From contig CDMY01000589.1 in NCBI GenBank assembly GCA_001179505.1, positions 1-46,680 of the forward strand: a stretch of DNA of 46,680 nt. The letters are read 5' to 3'. The position numbers and the translations under genes were made by a program. Source of the DNA: Vitrella brassicaformis CCMP3155 (Eukaryota; Protista; Chromerida). This document shows positions 35,327 through 46,680 of the stretch, piece by piece. Under the pieces are notes generated by a model. The model saw only the letters and a program-made list of their open reading frames with translations, was not told the origin of the DNA and did not search any database. Position 1 is the first letter of the stretch; every line of letters starts with the position of its first letter.

Positions 35327-37387
35327 ATGGCCTCAGCGGTGCACAAACTGAGGCCGGAGGACCAGGCGAGGATCGGCAAGGCCCTCGTAGGCAAAGATCT
35401 CAAGGGATTCGCATGGACCCAGACCAATGGGCACGTCATCGTAAGCCACACAGGCCGATGCGCGTGTTGTGATGGCTTGGAGGATGCATGTGTGTTTTGT
35501 TTGTCTCTGTCTGTTTCTCTCTCTGTGTCAGTACACGTGGGAGGACGGCAAGTGGGACGAGGGTCGCTTCGAGCACGACCCCTACATCAGGTGCCACATC
35601 ATGTCCAACTGCTTCCACTACGGACAGGCATGCTTCGAGGGACAGAAGGCGTTCCATCTCAAAGACGGTCAGGGCGACACACGCCTGATGGATGGACTCA
35701 TGAACGAGGTCTGCTGTGTTTGGGGTTGGCTACATGTGTGTGCAGGCCGTGTGTGCATCTTCAACGACAAGGTGGGATGACCGCCTTCGTTGAACCCATT
35801 CTTGTGTCCATGCCTGTGTGTGTCTGTGCGTGTTGTGGTTCAGGCGAATGCGCTGCGTATGCAGATGTCCAACACACGGATGATGATGCCGCTGGTGCCG
35901 GTCGAGATGTTCCAAAAGGCGTTGGATTGGGTGGTGCACGAGAACCTGGAGTACCTGCCCACCTACGACATGAAGGGATGCTCCCTCTACATCAGACCAT
36001 TCTGCATCGGTACACAGACAGACAGACAGACAGACAAACGAGCCGCTGGCATGATGGGTGTGCCTGTAATGGTGTGTATGTGTGCAGGTGTGGGTGATTT
36101 GATCACTCCCGTGCCGTCCAACAAGTTCCACTTCGTGGTGATGGTGATGCCCGTCGGGTCCTACTATGCTGTAGGCAAGAACCTGGTGGGTGAGACCCAT
36201 ACACAGCCACACTACACCTGTCACTGACTGCGTGTGGGGCGCACACACCAGACAGATCAGCCGGGCTGGTTCCTGGCAAGACCCACTTATATCATGGATG
36301 CGCTGTGTGTGTCATGTGGATCAGAATGCTGTTGACGGTGTCGTGATAGAGGAGTTCGACAGGGCGGCGCCACGGGGGGTTGGCAACGTCAAAGTGGTGA
36401 GTCACTGCACACACTTGAGGCACACACAGATCGGATCGGCCGGTGCATCGATGCGTGGTCATTCATACAACTCAGGCGGGCAACTACGGTGCCGACATCT
36501 ACCCAGCGTACAAGGTGAGACAGACAGACAGACAGCCAGGCCAGCCTGCACACAGAGAGAGATTGAGGAAGCACCCGCTCTCATGTTTCCTTGTGTGTGA
36601 TCAGTACAAGAAGTTGAAGGGTTTCCCGCTGCCGCTGTACCTTGACCCGAAGGAGAAGCGGTACATCGAGGAGTTCAACACGTCCAACTTCGCCGCCATC
36701 ACCAAGGACGGCACCTACATCACATCCGAGTCAGCCGCCATACTCGACTCCATCACTAACAGGGTCAGTGCGCACCAGCCAGACAGCCTGCGCGGGCACG
36801 TGTGTGCATCTGTGTGTGTGTCTGTGTGTGTGTGCAATGCAGTGTCTGCAAGTGTTGGCTCACGAGATGAACGTCCCCGTGGAGAGGCGGCCTATCGGTA
36901 AATGGTCACTCATCTGCACACAACCCAGCAGAAGGCGGACATTCGGCGTGTGTGTGTGCAGATTTCGACGCTGAGGTGTCGACCTTCGACGAGGTGGGCG
37001 CCATCGGCACTGCCGTGGTCATCACCCCATGCAAGTCACTCACACGCGGAGAGACGGTACACACCAACCCGACCGCCGCACACCGATGGCTACCTGCTCA
37101 TTGCTCATGGTCCTTGAGTGTGTTGTCTCCCTGTGTTTGTCGACCAGAAGTACCATTTTTCTGAGCCCAAGATCCTGCAGCAGCTGTACGACCGAATCAC
37201 AGCCATACAGGTCAGCCAGACACGGCCACAGACGCGCCATGCACGACATGACGACACACGCGTGTGTGTGGTTTGTGTATGTGTGCAGCGCGGCGATGCC
37301 GAAGACCGGTACAACTGGCTGCGCGAGCTGGGGGAGGTCCACCTGCCCAAGGAGGGACAGTACATTCAACAAAACGGCTACCACTGA
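35327..37387 (+). CDS. BCAT: Branched-chain amino acid aminotransferase (PLP fold type IV), multi-exon
   Basis: FHYGQACFEGQKAF, LYIRPF, RAAPRGVGNVKVAGNYG (catalytic Lys), LYLDPKEKRYIEEFNTSNF, ILDSITNR, EVGAIGTAVVITP. Confidence 0.92.
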
Positions 37388-37938
37388 ACCGAACCGCCCA
37401 GCCGGTCAGCGATGGAAGACGCCCTGTGTCAGTCAGTGACTGCTGCTGCTTGGAAGAGGGGGCGGGCGGGGGCTGTGTCGATACCCACACGTACGTACGA
37501 GTGTTGCCATGGCTGTTGTCGTGTTGCCTCTATGGCATCTGTCTGGTTGGCCTGCTCCCCACCTCGCTGTGGGTGAGACCCATCACAGAGTCTGGATGTG
37601 ACACGCTGCTGGGAGGTCGAAGCCAACCAAAACAGTGCAAGAGAGAGGACGACAAGAAGATGTGTGTTGTGGTTAACTTTGAGGGGGAGTATGACGTGTT
37701 CTCTCTTTCTTTCTGTCTCTCTGGCGGCCGTGGATGATGCCCTTGTGTTGGTTGCTGCTACCTATCGCGTGTGAAACAGCATGTGGTGGGCAGCCGCAAC
37801 AGACGCAGGGCCGATCGGCCATGGCTGTCGACGAGACAATGAATCGAGCCACCGCCAAGGCAGGGATGCTGTGTAGGCTAAGCGACCACACACACTGTTC
37901 TTTTTCATGTGCTGATCAGCCAGTGCATATCTCACACA

Positions 37939-38238
37939 NNNNNNNNNNNNNNNNNNNNNNNNNNNNNNNNNNNNNNNNNNNNNNNNNNNNNNNNNNNNNN
38001 NNNNNNNNNNNNNNNNNNNNNNNNNNNNNNNNNNNNNNNNNNNNNNNNNNNNNNNNNNNNNNNNNNNNNNNNNNNNNNNNNNNNNNNNNNNNNNNNNNNN
38101 NNNNNNNNNNNNNNNNNNNNNNNNNNNNNNNNNNNNNNNNNNNNNNNNNNNNNNNNNNNNNNNNNNNNNNNNNNNNNNNNNNNNNNNNNNNNNNNNNNNN
38201 NNNNNNNNNNNNNNNNNNNNNNNNNNNNNNNNNNNNNN
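37939..38238. other. Assembly gap (300 N)
   Basis: Run of n characters. Confidence 1.
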
Positions 38239-39127
38239 AGGGGCCACTGACCATTGATTGTATCAACACGGGGGGGCGTGGGGAATTTGTCTTGAACGAC
38301 ACTAGACAGGCAGCCAGCCAGGCAGCCGCCATGCCAAGTCGCGCCGCCTGCAGCGCTTTTTCTGCTCGGCCTGCGGCGACGTGTGTTAAGTATGCGGGTC
38401 TGCATCACTGTCTGGGTGTCTGATTGTCTGTCTGTCTGTCTGTCTCTGTGTACGTGAGTGCTCTTTTTGCTCTCCCTACGTACCCTACCTGCCCGGCTCT
38501 CTCGGCGTTTTGATGCATTGCATGCCCTCGTTGATGTGTTGATGTATGCATGTGTTGATGTGTTGACGACACCATGTCTGTGTTGACGTGTACTTGTACT
38601 TGTAAGTGTATGTGTGAGGGGCGAGTGTAATGCTGCTGGCTGTGTTGTTGCGATGCATTCATGACTGACAGTTTTGGGCGTGCGGCAAGACGCCTGTAAG
38701 TAAGCAATAGATACATACACACGACGACACTGGCTGCATGGCTAATACCAATGGGTGGGTGTGTATGAGATGAGGGGGTTGCGTGTGTGGCGTACGCTGC
38801 ATTACATTGCATTGCGTGGTTCATATCATGTACGTGTGTACCGTATGCGTGTGGAACAAGACAGACGCGCTGTTTCAATCTTTCTGAGGGTCAAACTTTG
38901 CGATCAGTCGCTGTCTATACGATACCATGCAACAGACGCACTGCACACACAAACACAGTACACGGGGGCAGACGGCGTCTTTTTCTGAGATGACATGGGA
39001 CCGTCCATCATCCAGTGAGGATAACAGCACCCACCTCCACCCACATGAAGCGGCCCGCCCCTCTCTGCTGAGTCTGCTCCACCAACACACACGTACACCG
39101 ACACACAGGGAGAGACACGACGCTCAC

Positions 39128-42100
39128 TCAGGCAGCCGCAGCCTCTTTCGTGGCCTTGTCTCCCTTGCTGTCCTTGCTGTCCTTGGTGGCCTTGCTGCCT
39201 GTCTGCCTCTTGTTCTTCTTGTTGGTGTGTGTGTTGGGTCGCAGCACGATGGTCTTGCCCTCGCCATGCGACACAGTGAACCTCTTCTGGCCTGCCTCGC
39301 GAAACACACCCACCAGACCGAACTTGGGCCTGTGCGAAAAGGGCGACACCACAATGCCCTTCAACTTAGGAAAACTCGCAAAGGCCGCAGCGGCCGCCTC
39401 AGCCAACGAGCGAAACATGGCCTTGGCCTCATTCTCACTCAAACGCATCTCTCTGTAGCGCCTGCTCATGTCGACCTCGAGAGCAGCCAGACGGCCGGCC
39501 ATCACCTGCCTGCCTGCCTCACCCTCACCACCGTACAACTGCCACTGCACTGAGTGATGCACTTGGCCTGGCTGCTGTTCGGCATCAAACATGCCATAGT
39601 GCCCATTGTGGAGGGAGATGGTGGCCTTGATGGTCACGGCGAGGTCGCTGCCGGCAGCCGGAAAAAACGCACAGCCAGCAGGCACGAGACACAGCATAGC
39701 ATCGGGGTCGGCACGGGCAGACAGATCAAACTGCACATGGTCGGCCGACGTCAGACCCGACAGCACATCACCCACACCACGCTCATAGAATGCAGCACCA
39801 CGCCCCCCATCCTTCAACACCACAGACTCGACATTCGGGAACATCGACCCGCTGTTCTGACGGATGTAGGCAGGCAGATCAGACACCTGCACGTACCCGC
39901 TCGACTCGACAGTGAGCACACGAGCAGACGAGAAGACGACCGAGCCGAGCTGGGGGTTGCTCTTGGCATAGTTGCCCTGGTTGCCGTGTGACTGCAGGGT
40001 CACGTGCTTGGCCTGCTGGCAGCAGACCCTGAGGGTGTCGATGGCGGCTGTGAGGTTCTTGGCGCTCCCAGTGAAGGGCAGACGCACACGAAGGCCCTCC
40101 GGCGGGCCGTGGGCGGGGGCGTGGTTGTAGGTCTCGCTCGCGCCGTCGGCCAAACACGAGGTGCGAAACGAATGCAACTTCTGCGGAAGCAACGACAACA
40201 CAACACAACACAAAGGGAAAGGGGTGACTGCGCGTGTCATAACACCCATGGATGGCTCAAAGGCCTACCTGGATGGTGCCTTCTCCATTGATTTCGGGCA
40301 GGGCGAGCTCGACCTTGCGCAGCCCGTGTTTGTTGCGGGAGTTGGGGCCGGTAAAGAGGCTCTTGAATTGGTCGACGGCCGGTCTGTTGTCCTGCTGTTG
40401 GCCCCCGAAGCGGTACCCGAAGTGTCCATGGTAGAAGTTCCAGAAGTAGCCGTGGTACTGGTGGCGATCCTGGATGGTGATGCGGCCTGTCAGACTGGTC
40501 AGGCTCTCGGCTGATGCGGACAAGGAGCAACAGCCAAGAGTGGTGCCGACACATGTGTGTGATGTCTGCGATATAAGCCACCTGTCTCGGTGTTTTGGAT
40601 GCTTTCCTTGATCTGGTCGAGGCGCACCATGTCGTCACAGTTGGGGTCATTCTGCATGGAAAAATGAAACATCGCATGGCCGATGCAGGCAGCACGCTTC
40701 TCCTCTCTGCTCCCTCTGCCCACCGGATCATAGGTGAAGTGGAGCGATGACATGCCGGGTGCCGCGTTGTTGTTCAGCCATGCGTCACGGGTGCCGTGTC
40801 CCGTGTTGTTGAGGTCCACCACAGTCAGATGTCGCAGTGCCGGCAGCCGATACCTGCGACCGCGCGTGACGTTGCCCCACACGTTGTTGACCGCCGCCGT
40901 GTGGAGCTCGGGGAAGGAGAGGGTGTTGCTGTTCCACTCAAGGTTGATGTCCTCGTAGTCGTTCCTGTACGCCCGCCGCACCTTGCGTGGTCTGCCCTTG
41001 CTGTCCTTGGGTGGCTGGGTGGGGCCCTGCAGCTTGACCGTCTCGATGTGGGGTGCGAACTGCTCGAGCAGCCGGACGAGGGTGGCAGTGGGGCGGTGGT
41101 ACACAGCCAAGTGACGACACTCAGACAAACGAGCTGAAAAGCACAGAAACAAGGACGGAATGACACAGACAGACGAGAGTGTGTGTGGTCTGCTCTACGT
41201 CACCTGGTAGTTTGTTAGCGATGTGTTCGGGTGGGTCGGTGTGTATGTCGAGAATGGGGTGGACGGGGGCCTGTTGGCTGAGGGTGTGGAAGTGGGTGCA
41301 GACGGGGGCGAGTGAGGTCATGAAAGGGTGGAAGCCGAGGTATGCGCCCAGCCCCATGCCCTCCTCGGTCGTCATCCACAGCGCCTCAGGCAACTCCTCC
41401 AAACCAGAACGCAACTGATGACATACCACAGACACAGGGGAAATGGGGGACAGTGATCGGTGGACACCATCTCCCTCCCCTGCCCCTCTCTCTCCGTGTG
41501 CCTGCGGTGGGACTGACCTCCTCTTTGTCCAGATTGTTCATTGTGTGTTGTATGGCTTCGAGTTTCTTGATGCATGCTTCCATCTGCTCTGCCGCCGCCC
41601 GTCAGCGTTGCGCACCTGCATCTTGGCGTCCTTCATCACCATCGCCTTCCACACGCGGAAGTGACGCTCAACCTCCTGCAACATACCACAAAGGCAAGGG
41701 AGGCCAGGAAGGCACGCCACATCCATATATGGTGTGCTGTGTTCGATGTGTGTGTGTGTGTCGTTGCCCACCCACCTGTATGCGATTCTGTTTGGTCTGT
41801 GTGTCGGGTTCGGGAATGGCCATCTTGACATCCAACACTTGCTCAGCCTGGACGAGTGAGTGAACAAACGAATCAATGAATCAACACAACACATTCATCT
41901 GTTTCTCATCTGCTCTCTCATCCCCTCCCTCCCTGACTCTCTTGCTTTTGACTGCACCCACCCACGTGTGTACCTTTGCTTTGGCCTCGTTGATCATGTT
42001 GAGTTGCGCCTTTAGCTTCTGAGCCACCCTGGACAGAGCCTTCAACGCATCCTCAGGACCAACCTCAAACACATCCTGCACACACACATGGGTGGGTGAT

Positions 42101-42484
42101 ACAACACACAAACACAACGCCAAACACGTCCATCTCGCTCCTTCGCACATCTCCCCCTCTGTGTGTGGTCACACATACCTCCATGTCCACGTCAGGTGTC
42201 AGTGCCTTAGTCTTCTTGGCCCGCTTCTCACCCTTCTTGCCCACCCCATCCTCCCCTCCCTTGCCCTTGACGGTCTTGTTGCCCTGGCGGCGCGCCTTGC
42301 GCTTGTTCTTGGCGCCCCGCACACGTCGACCCTCCTCCCAGTCGCTGCAGCCACTGCTGCTCTCACACGACGCCGTCAGCTCATCCACTGCCTTGCGCTT
42401 CATCTGCACAGCAGCCGCAGCAGATGCAGCGGCCTGAATGGCGGCCTGGCGCTTCGGGCGGGCAGGACGGGCGTCGGTCTGCAT
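39128..42484 (-). CDS. Hypothetical protein E: basic NLS-like N-terminus, coiled coil, F-box-like segment, divergent LRR-like C-terminal region
   Basis: MQTDARP...KNKRKARR...|DVFEVGPEDALKAL...|LEELPEALWM...LGAYLGF...|SAESLTSLTGRI...|RLPFTGSAKNL...CCQQAKHVTLQSH. Stop at 39128. Confidence 0.65.
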
Positions 42485-42561
42485 CAGGGGCGGGGCGAAA
42501 GAGAGAAGGAGAGCTCAGCAGCCGCGAAAGAGAGTTCAGCCACAAGGGAGCGATGGATGTA

Positions 42562-43587
42562 CAGTCCGGACCGCGTAAGTGGGTCAGTACAGGACTGACC
42601 CACTTACGCGTTTGACCCGCTTATACGTACTACAGAGCTGACCCACTTGTTTTCCAGCGACTTTTGGAGTGATATCTCGCTGTGAATGAATCACAGGAGC
42701 CTCTCAGAAGCCCATTGACTCTTTTTTTCTCGCTCAAAGTCACTCAAAACGACGAAAAACCATCGGTTCTCTCATTCATTCAATCAGACCTTGGATGGCT
42801 GCGAGAGCCCTTGGATGTCTCCGAATGTTTGATTCATCGTTGATCTCCACACACGCCACGCAAAGTGATGCAGCCTGAGTGATTTTGCAAGAAGATTCGT
42901 CGTCGACACATGCACTTGGCGTCATCAACGGTGTCTGATGGGCCCATAACGGCACGAAAGGCATGAACAGCCAGCTTTACAGGAAACAAATCACATAAAT
43001 CATGCCTCCCCAGCGCCTGCAGCAGTGAATGCATCAGTCGAAATGGCATCAAATCGAGTGGGTGGGCGGATGGGGTGGGTGGGTGGGCGGAGGGTGAAGT
43101 GATGCATCATGCATGGAATGAATGAGGAGGAAAGAAGGCCGAACACATCAGGGCTGGATGAATGACGCCAGATGCCTCAGGTGACTCTGTTGACCACCCT
43201 CTTGCTTGTCACAAATGGGTGTTCGTGCCTCAAACGTGAAGCAGCTGCTCTTCCGTTTACATCATGATCAACCTCGCCAAGCAAACTCGCCTTTTTGTCG
43301 GCAAATCACAGTCAGAATGGTTCGTCTCAGAAGATGACAATCAAAATGTCTGTATTTCTCCATGGAATCACTCTTTCATCGGTCCGCTCTTTCACAGAGA
43401 GGTTCTTCATCGCCTTGCGGTCATTTTGAGCCATGAGTGGTCGGTTTGGATGGCTGATTTGAGTCTCTTTGGGAGCTGACCCGGTTATCCGGTCCGTTTT
43501 TGACTGTGTACAGAGTGATCGGGAGGGGCTGACCCACATACGCAATTGACCCGCTTATGCGGTGACCCACTTACGCGGTCCGGACTG
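42562..43587. mobile_element. Non-autonomous Tc1/mariner-type DNA transposon (MITE-like), 1026 bp
   Basis: Perfect 25-bp TIRs cagtccggaccgcgtaagtgggtca (42562-42586) and tgacccacttacgcggtccggactg (43563-43587); TA flanks at 42560-42561 and 43588-43589; CAGT termini; AT-richer interior with no long ORF. Confidence 0.88.
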
Positions 43588-43706
43588 TAAATCACCGGAT
43601 CCTGGCCAGCGAGATCTCATTCTTTGCATTTGGTTAAAAGCTGAGGTTGTTTGTTCCCGCCGTGCCTTGCGTTCGGCAGATCTGCATCCGCCCCCTCCCT
43701 CTCACC

Positions 43707-46680
43707 ATGGAGGATGCAGGCGAGGGTGAGGACGACCATCGCATGACCGCCCGGCAGCTGGCCTTGCTCAAGGCGAGCGGCGGGCAGAAACGCAAACCCA
43801 TCATGGACGCCCACACCAGCAGCAGTGACGAGGAGGGCTCCGACTATGGCAAGGGAGGGCGGCGCAGGAAGGCCCGCAAGAAGAGGCAGCGGAGGGATAA
43901 GAAGGGTAAGGGTAAGGGCGATAAGAAGGGCGGCGGGAGGGATAAGATGGAGGTGTCGGACGGCGACGAGGAGATGGAGGTGAGCACTGAGGGATGCAGA
44001 GGGCTGCTGAGGCTGGTGGTGGGTGTGCATTTCCGTGTGTTGTGTGGTTTGGCTTCGTTGATTTATGCAGGATGTGGTTGAGGTTGGTCCTGAGGACGCG
44101 TTGAAGGCTCTCAAGAAGATGACGGCGAAGCTCGAGGCGCAGCTCAAGCAGGCCAAACAGGCCGAGAAACAGGTACTTCGTGGAACAGAGAGGCTGGCGG
44201 AATGGGGTAGGGAGTACGTGTGTTGTGGTGATATCACGTGTGTGTATTGATGCCATCATGCAGGCTCGTGAGGTGTATGAGTTGAGGAAGGCCGCCCCTG
44301 ATGCCGAATCGCTCGAACACCAACACCGCATCCAGGTGAGTGGGTGGGTCATGGCCAACACCACACACACACCAACCGACATCAACCCACACAGCCTCTT
44401 CTGGTATGTGTGTGGTGCTGTTCAGGAGGTTGACCGTCAGATCCGCGTGTGGTCGAGCATGGTGTGTGCCGACGCCAACACGCAGATCAGCCACGTGGAC
44501 AAGGTCGCTACCAAGCAGATGAAGGAGAACACCCGCAAACTGGACGCCATCCGACACAAACTCGACGAAATGGACCAAGACGACACCGAGCAGGTCAACA
44601 CAACACAACCCAAGACAGCACACAGAAGGAGGGAATCCACCTCCGTTCCTTTCCTCTGATGTGTCAGGTCACATCGCCGCTTGAGGGTCTGCCTGACGCC
44701 CTCTGGATGGCCAACGGTGTGGGGATGGGCGCCATGCTGGGCTTCGTGTCGTGCCTGGAGTCGCTGGCGAGCATCAACAGCTTCTTCCACCACCTCACCC
44801 AGCAGGCCGGCATGCACCCCATCGTCGAGCTGGAGGACTCACCCAAAATGAAAATCGCTAAGAAGTGGACGGCCGGTGAGGAGGGCGGGAAAAAGACGGA
44901 AAGCGGCACTCCATGTGCGTGCGGCGATGTGTGGTGTGCTGTGTGTTGTTGTGGTCAGGTCCGTTGTCTGAGTGTGTTGACGTGCGCATCTACCACCCTC
45001 CCACCGCGTCCCTGGTGTGTCTGCTGGAGCGCCTCTCGGCCACTGTCGAGAGTGTGGACCTGCACTGCCCCTTCGAGTGTGCCACCACCTACAAGAACGG
45101 CCGGCGCAAGCCACAGTGGCGGCTGGACCGGTCCATGTACCGAGACATGCGAAACATGACGAAGATTTACCTGCCACGGAACAAGGTCAGGGAGAGGAGC
45201 TGACTGACAAAATAAAAATGACTGTTGGCATTCATCATTTTCTTTCTTGTTTCCGTGCAGAACCCTATCGTGTTTGAGCGTGTGGAGTCGGCCAGCGTGA
45301 ACAGGGTGTGGGCCAAGCTGGCGGAGGACCGGCTGTACCAGATGCCGTCACTCAAGGGACTGGGCGTGGTGGACGTCGACATGGGTGCGCCGCGCTCGTG
45401 GATCCGGGAGGCTCAGGGGGGCATCAACTCGCTGCACATCATATGTGAAAAGGTCGGTAAAAAGAAAGAGGGACAGCCTGGGGTGTGGACGACTTGTCTT
45501 CATGCATTCATTCTCTGTCTGCAGGATGATCCAAGTTGTCGCAATGCCGTGAGTCTCAACCGAGTGAGAGACGTCCTCGAGAACACAGAATCAGGTGAAG
45601 AAACACACGACACATAAGCCAGCTCTGATTTCTGGCCTCACGCCTTCCCCATTTTGCCCTCTGTGTGTGCGCCAATCAGCCAAGAGCCTCACGTCGCTGA
45701 CTGGCCGCATCGCGTTCTTCAACAACTACTACTTCAATCTGCTGGGCTCGACGGTCGATGGGGGAGGCCCCCTGGAGGAGATCGAGATGGCCATCGGAGA
45801 GATCTACTCCACAGACAAGATACAGGTGAGGAAGAAACACAGTCACTTTCTCTCCGCATCCATGGCTATCCCCCCGACCCTTTCGTCTCCGTGTTCGTCG
45901 GCAGAATCTTCATCGGTTTCGCACCAAGTGCCTCGCCCCTGACGCGCGCGAGGACTACTTCAACGGCATCGAGGAGGGCGAGCTGCAGGGCGGCCCCATC
46001 GTCCACCTGCCCTTCAGAGGCGACCAGAAGACCCTCACCGACTCCCTCTCGACGGTGGAGGTGTGCTGCCAGCAGGCCGAGAAGGTGACCCTCGACAGCC
46101 ACGCGTACGACAGCACCATCGAAAAGGCCCCCGGGCTGGACTCGCTGGTGTTTGAGCATGCCCACGAGCTCACCATCGTGCGTTACCCCGGCGTCCGCAA
46201 GCTGCCCTCATACATCACAGACGACCCCATATCGCTCTTTCCGAGTGTGTCATCTGTCGTGATGTCGCAGAGCTGGGAGGGCAGGTGTGTCTTTGATGGT
46301 GGGGCGGGTGGTGTGCTGCATGCCCTCTCCCCCTACCTAGAGAAGGTGCGTTTTGAGTTGTCTGCCCGTGCGAACCCTGAGGCCACATGCACACTGCTGC
46401 CTGATGGCCTCGAGTTCGTGTCAGGCGAAGGCAACGACTTACCAGTACAGCTGAAGTATGACATCCAATGCGACAGACGGCGCTACGACTTTGACTTAGA
46501 CAGAGAGGAACGCGCTGACATCTCTATCGGTTGGGAAATGTACGGGGGCGGGGATAGCGAGGCAGTCAGGGAGGTGATGGAGAGTTGCCGTGTCTCATCA
46601 CTCGAGGTGTGCATCAAGGTTGAATATGCCAGCGCCCGCGAGCTGCGCACGTGTTGCGGCTCGTTCGCTGAGTGTGTGGT
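43707..46680 (+). CDS. Hypothetical protein F, paralog of E; runs off the window end
   Basis: MEDAGEG...RRRKARKKRQRRDKKGK...|DVVEVGPEDALKAL...|LEGLPDALWM...MGAMLGF...|SAKSLTSLTGRI...|HLPFRGDQKTL...CCQQAEKVTLDSH. The frame is open to 46680. Confidence 0.68.

Noticed and set aside
37734-38720. ORFs spanning the N run
   Set aside because: Artefacts of translating across the assembly gap.
42562-42650. Short repeats with spacers resembling a mini-CRISPR
   Set aside because: Spacers are too short and irregular, the repeats are transposon subterminal motifs, the context is eukaryotic, and there are no cas genes.
42776-43545. Small ORFs inside the TIR element as a transposase remnant
   Set aside because: All are 72 aa or shorter and I could not recognise HTH or DDE/DDD motifs; a translated HMM search would be needed.
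1-46680. rRNA, tRNA or prokaryotic operon/defence systems
   Set aside because: No recognisable conserved RNA motifs were seen by eye, and the genes are spliceosomal-intron-containing eukaryotic loci; a tRNAscan/Infernal run would be needed to exclude small RNAs.

Overview
Intron-rich eukaryotic genomic DNA of high GC content, with introns mostly about 60-100 nt and rich in CA/GT microsatellites. The gene families and intron style suggest a chromerid alveolate such as Vitrella brassicaformis (my inference from recalled family signatures, not a search result). About 16 protein-coding loci can be reconstructed by hand-splicing: an RGG-tailed partial gene; two inverted paralogous BTB-BTB-TLDc-TLDc genes; a secreted vanadium haloperoxidase-like gene; a PHR2-like photolyase-family gene lacking the distal FAD domain; an intronless ankyrin-family gene; a CDK; an F-box-like gene with an in-frame stop; a coiled-coil RING gene with an apparent frameshift; a helical-repeat/LRR-like gene; a head-to-head pair of paralogous small secreted proteins; a heme-type cystathionine beta-synthase divergent from a branched-chain aminotransferase; and a head-to-head pair of F-box-like paralogs separated by a 1026-bp Tc1/mariner-type non-autonomous element. 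There is one 300-N gap. No rRNA, tRNA or CRISPR array was recognised. All exon boundaries are manual predictions.
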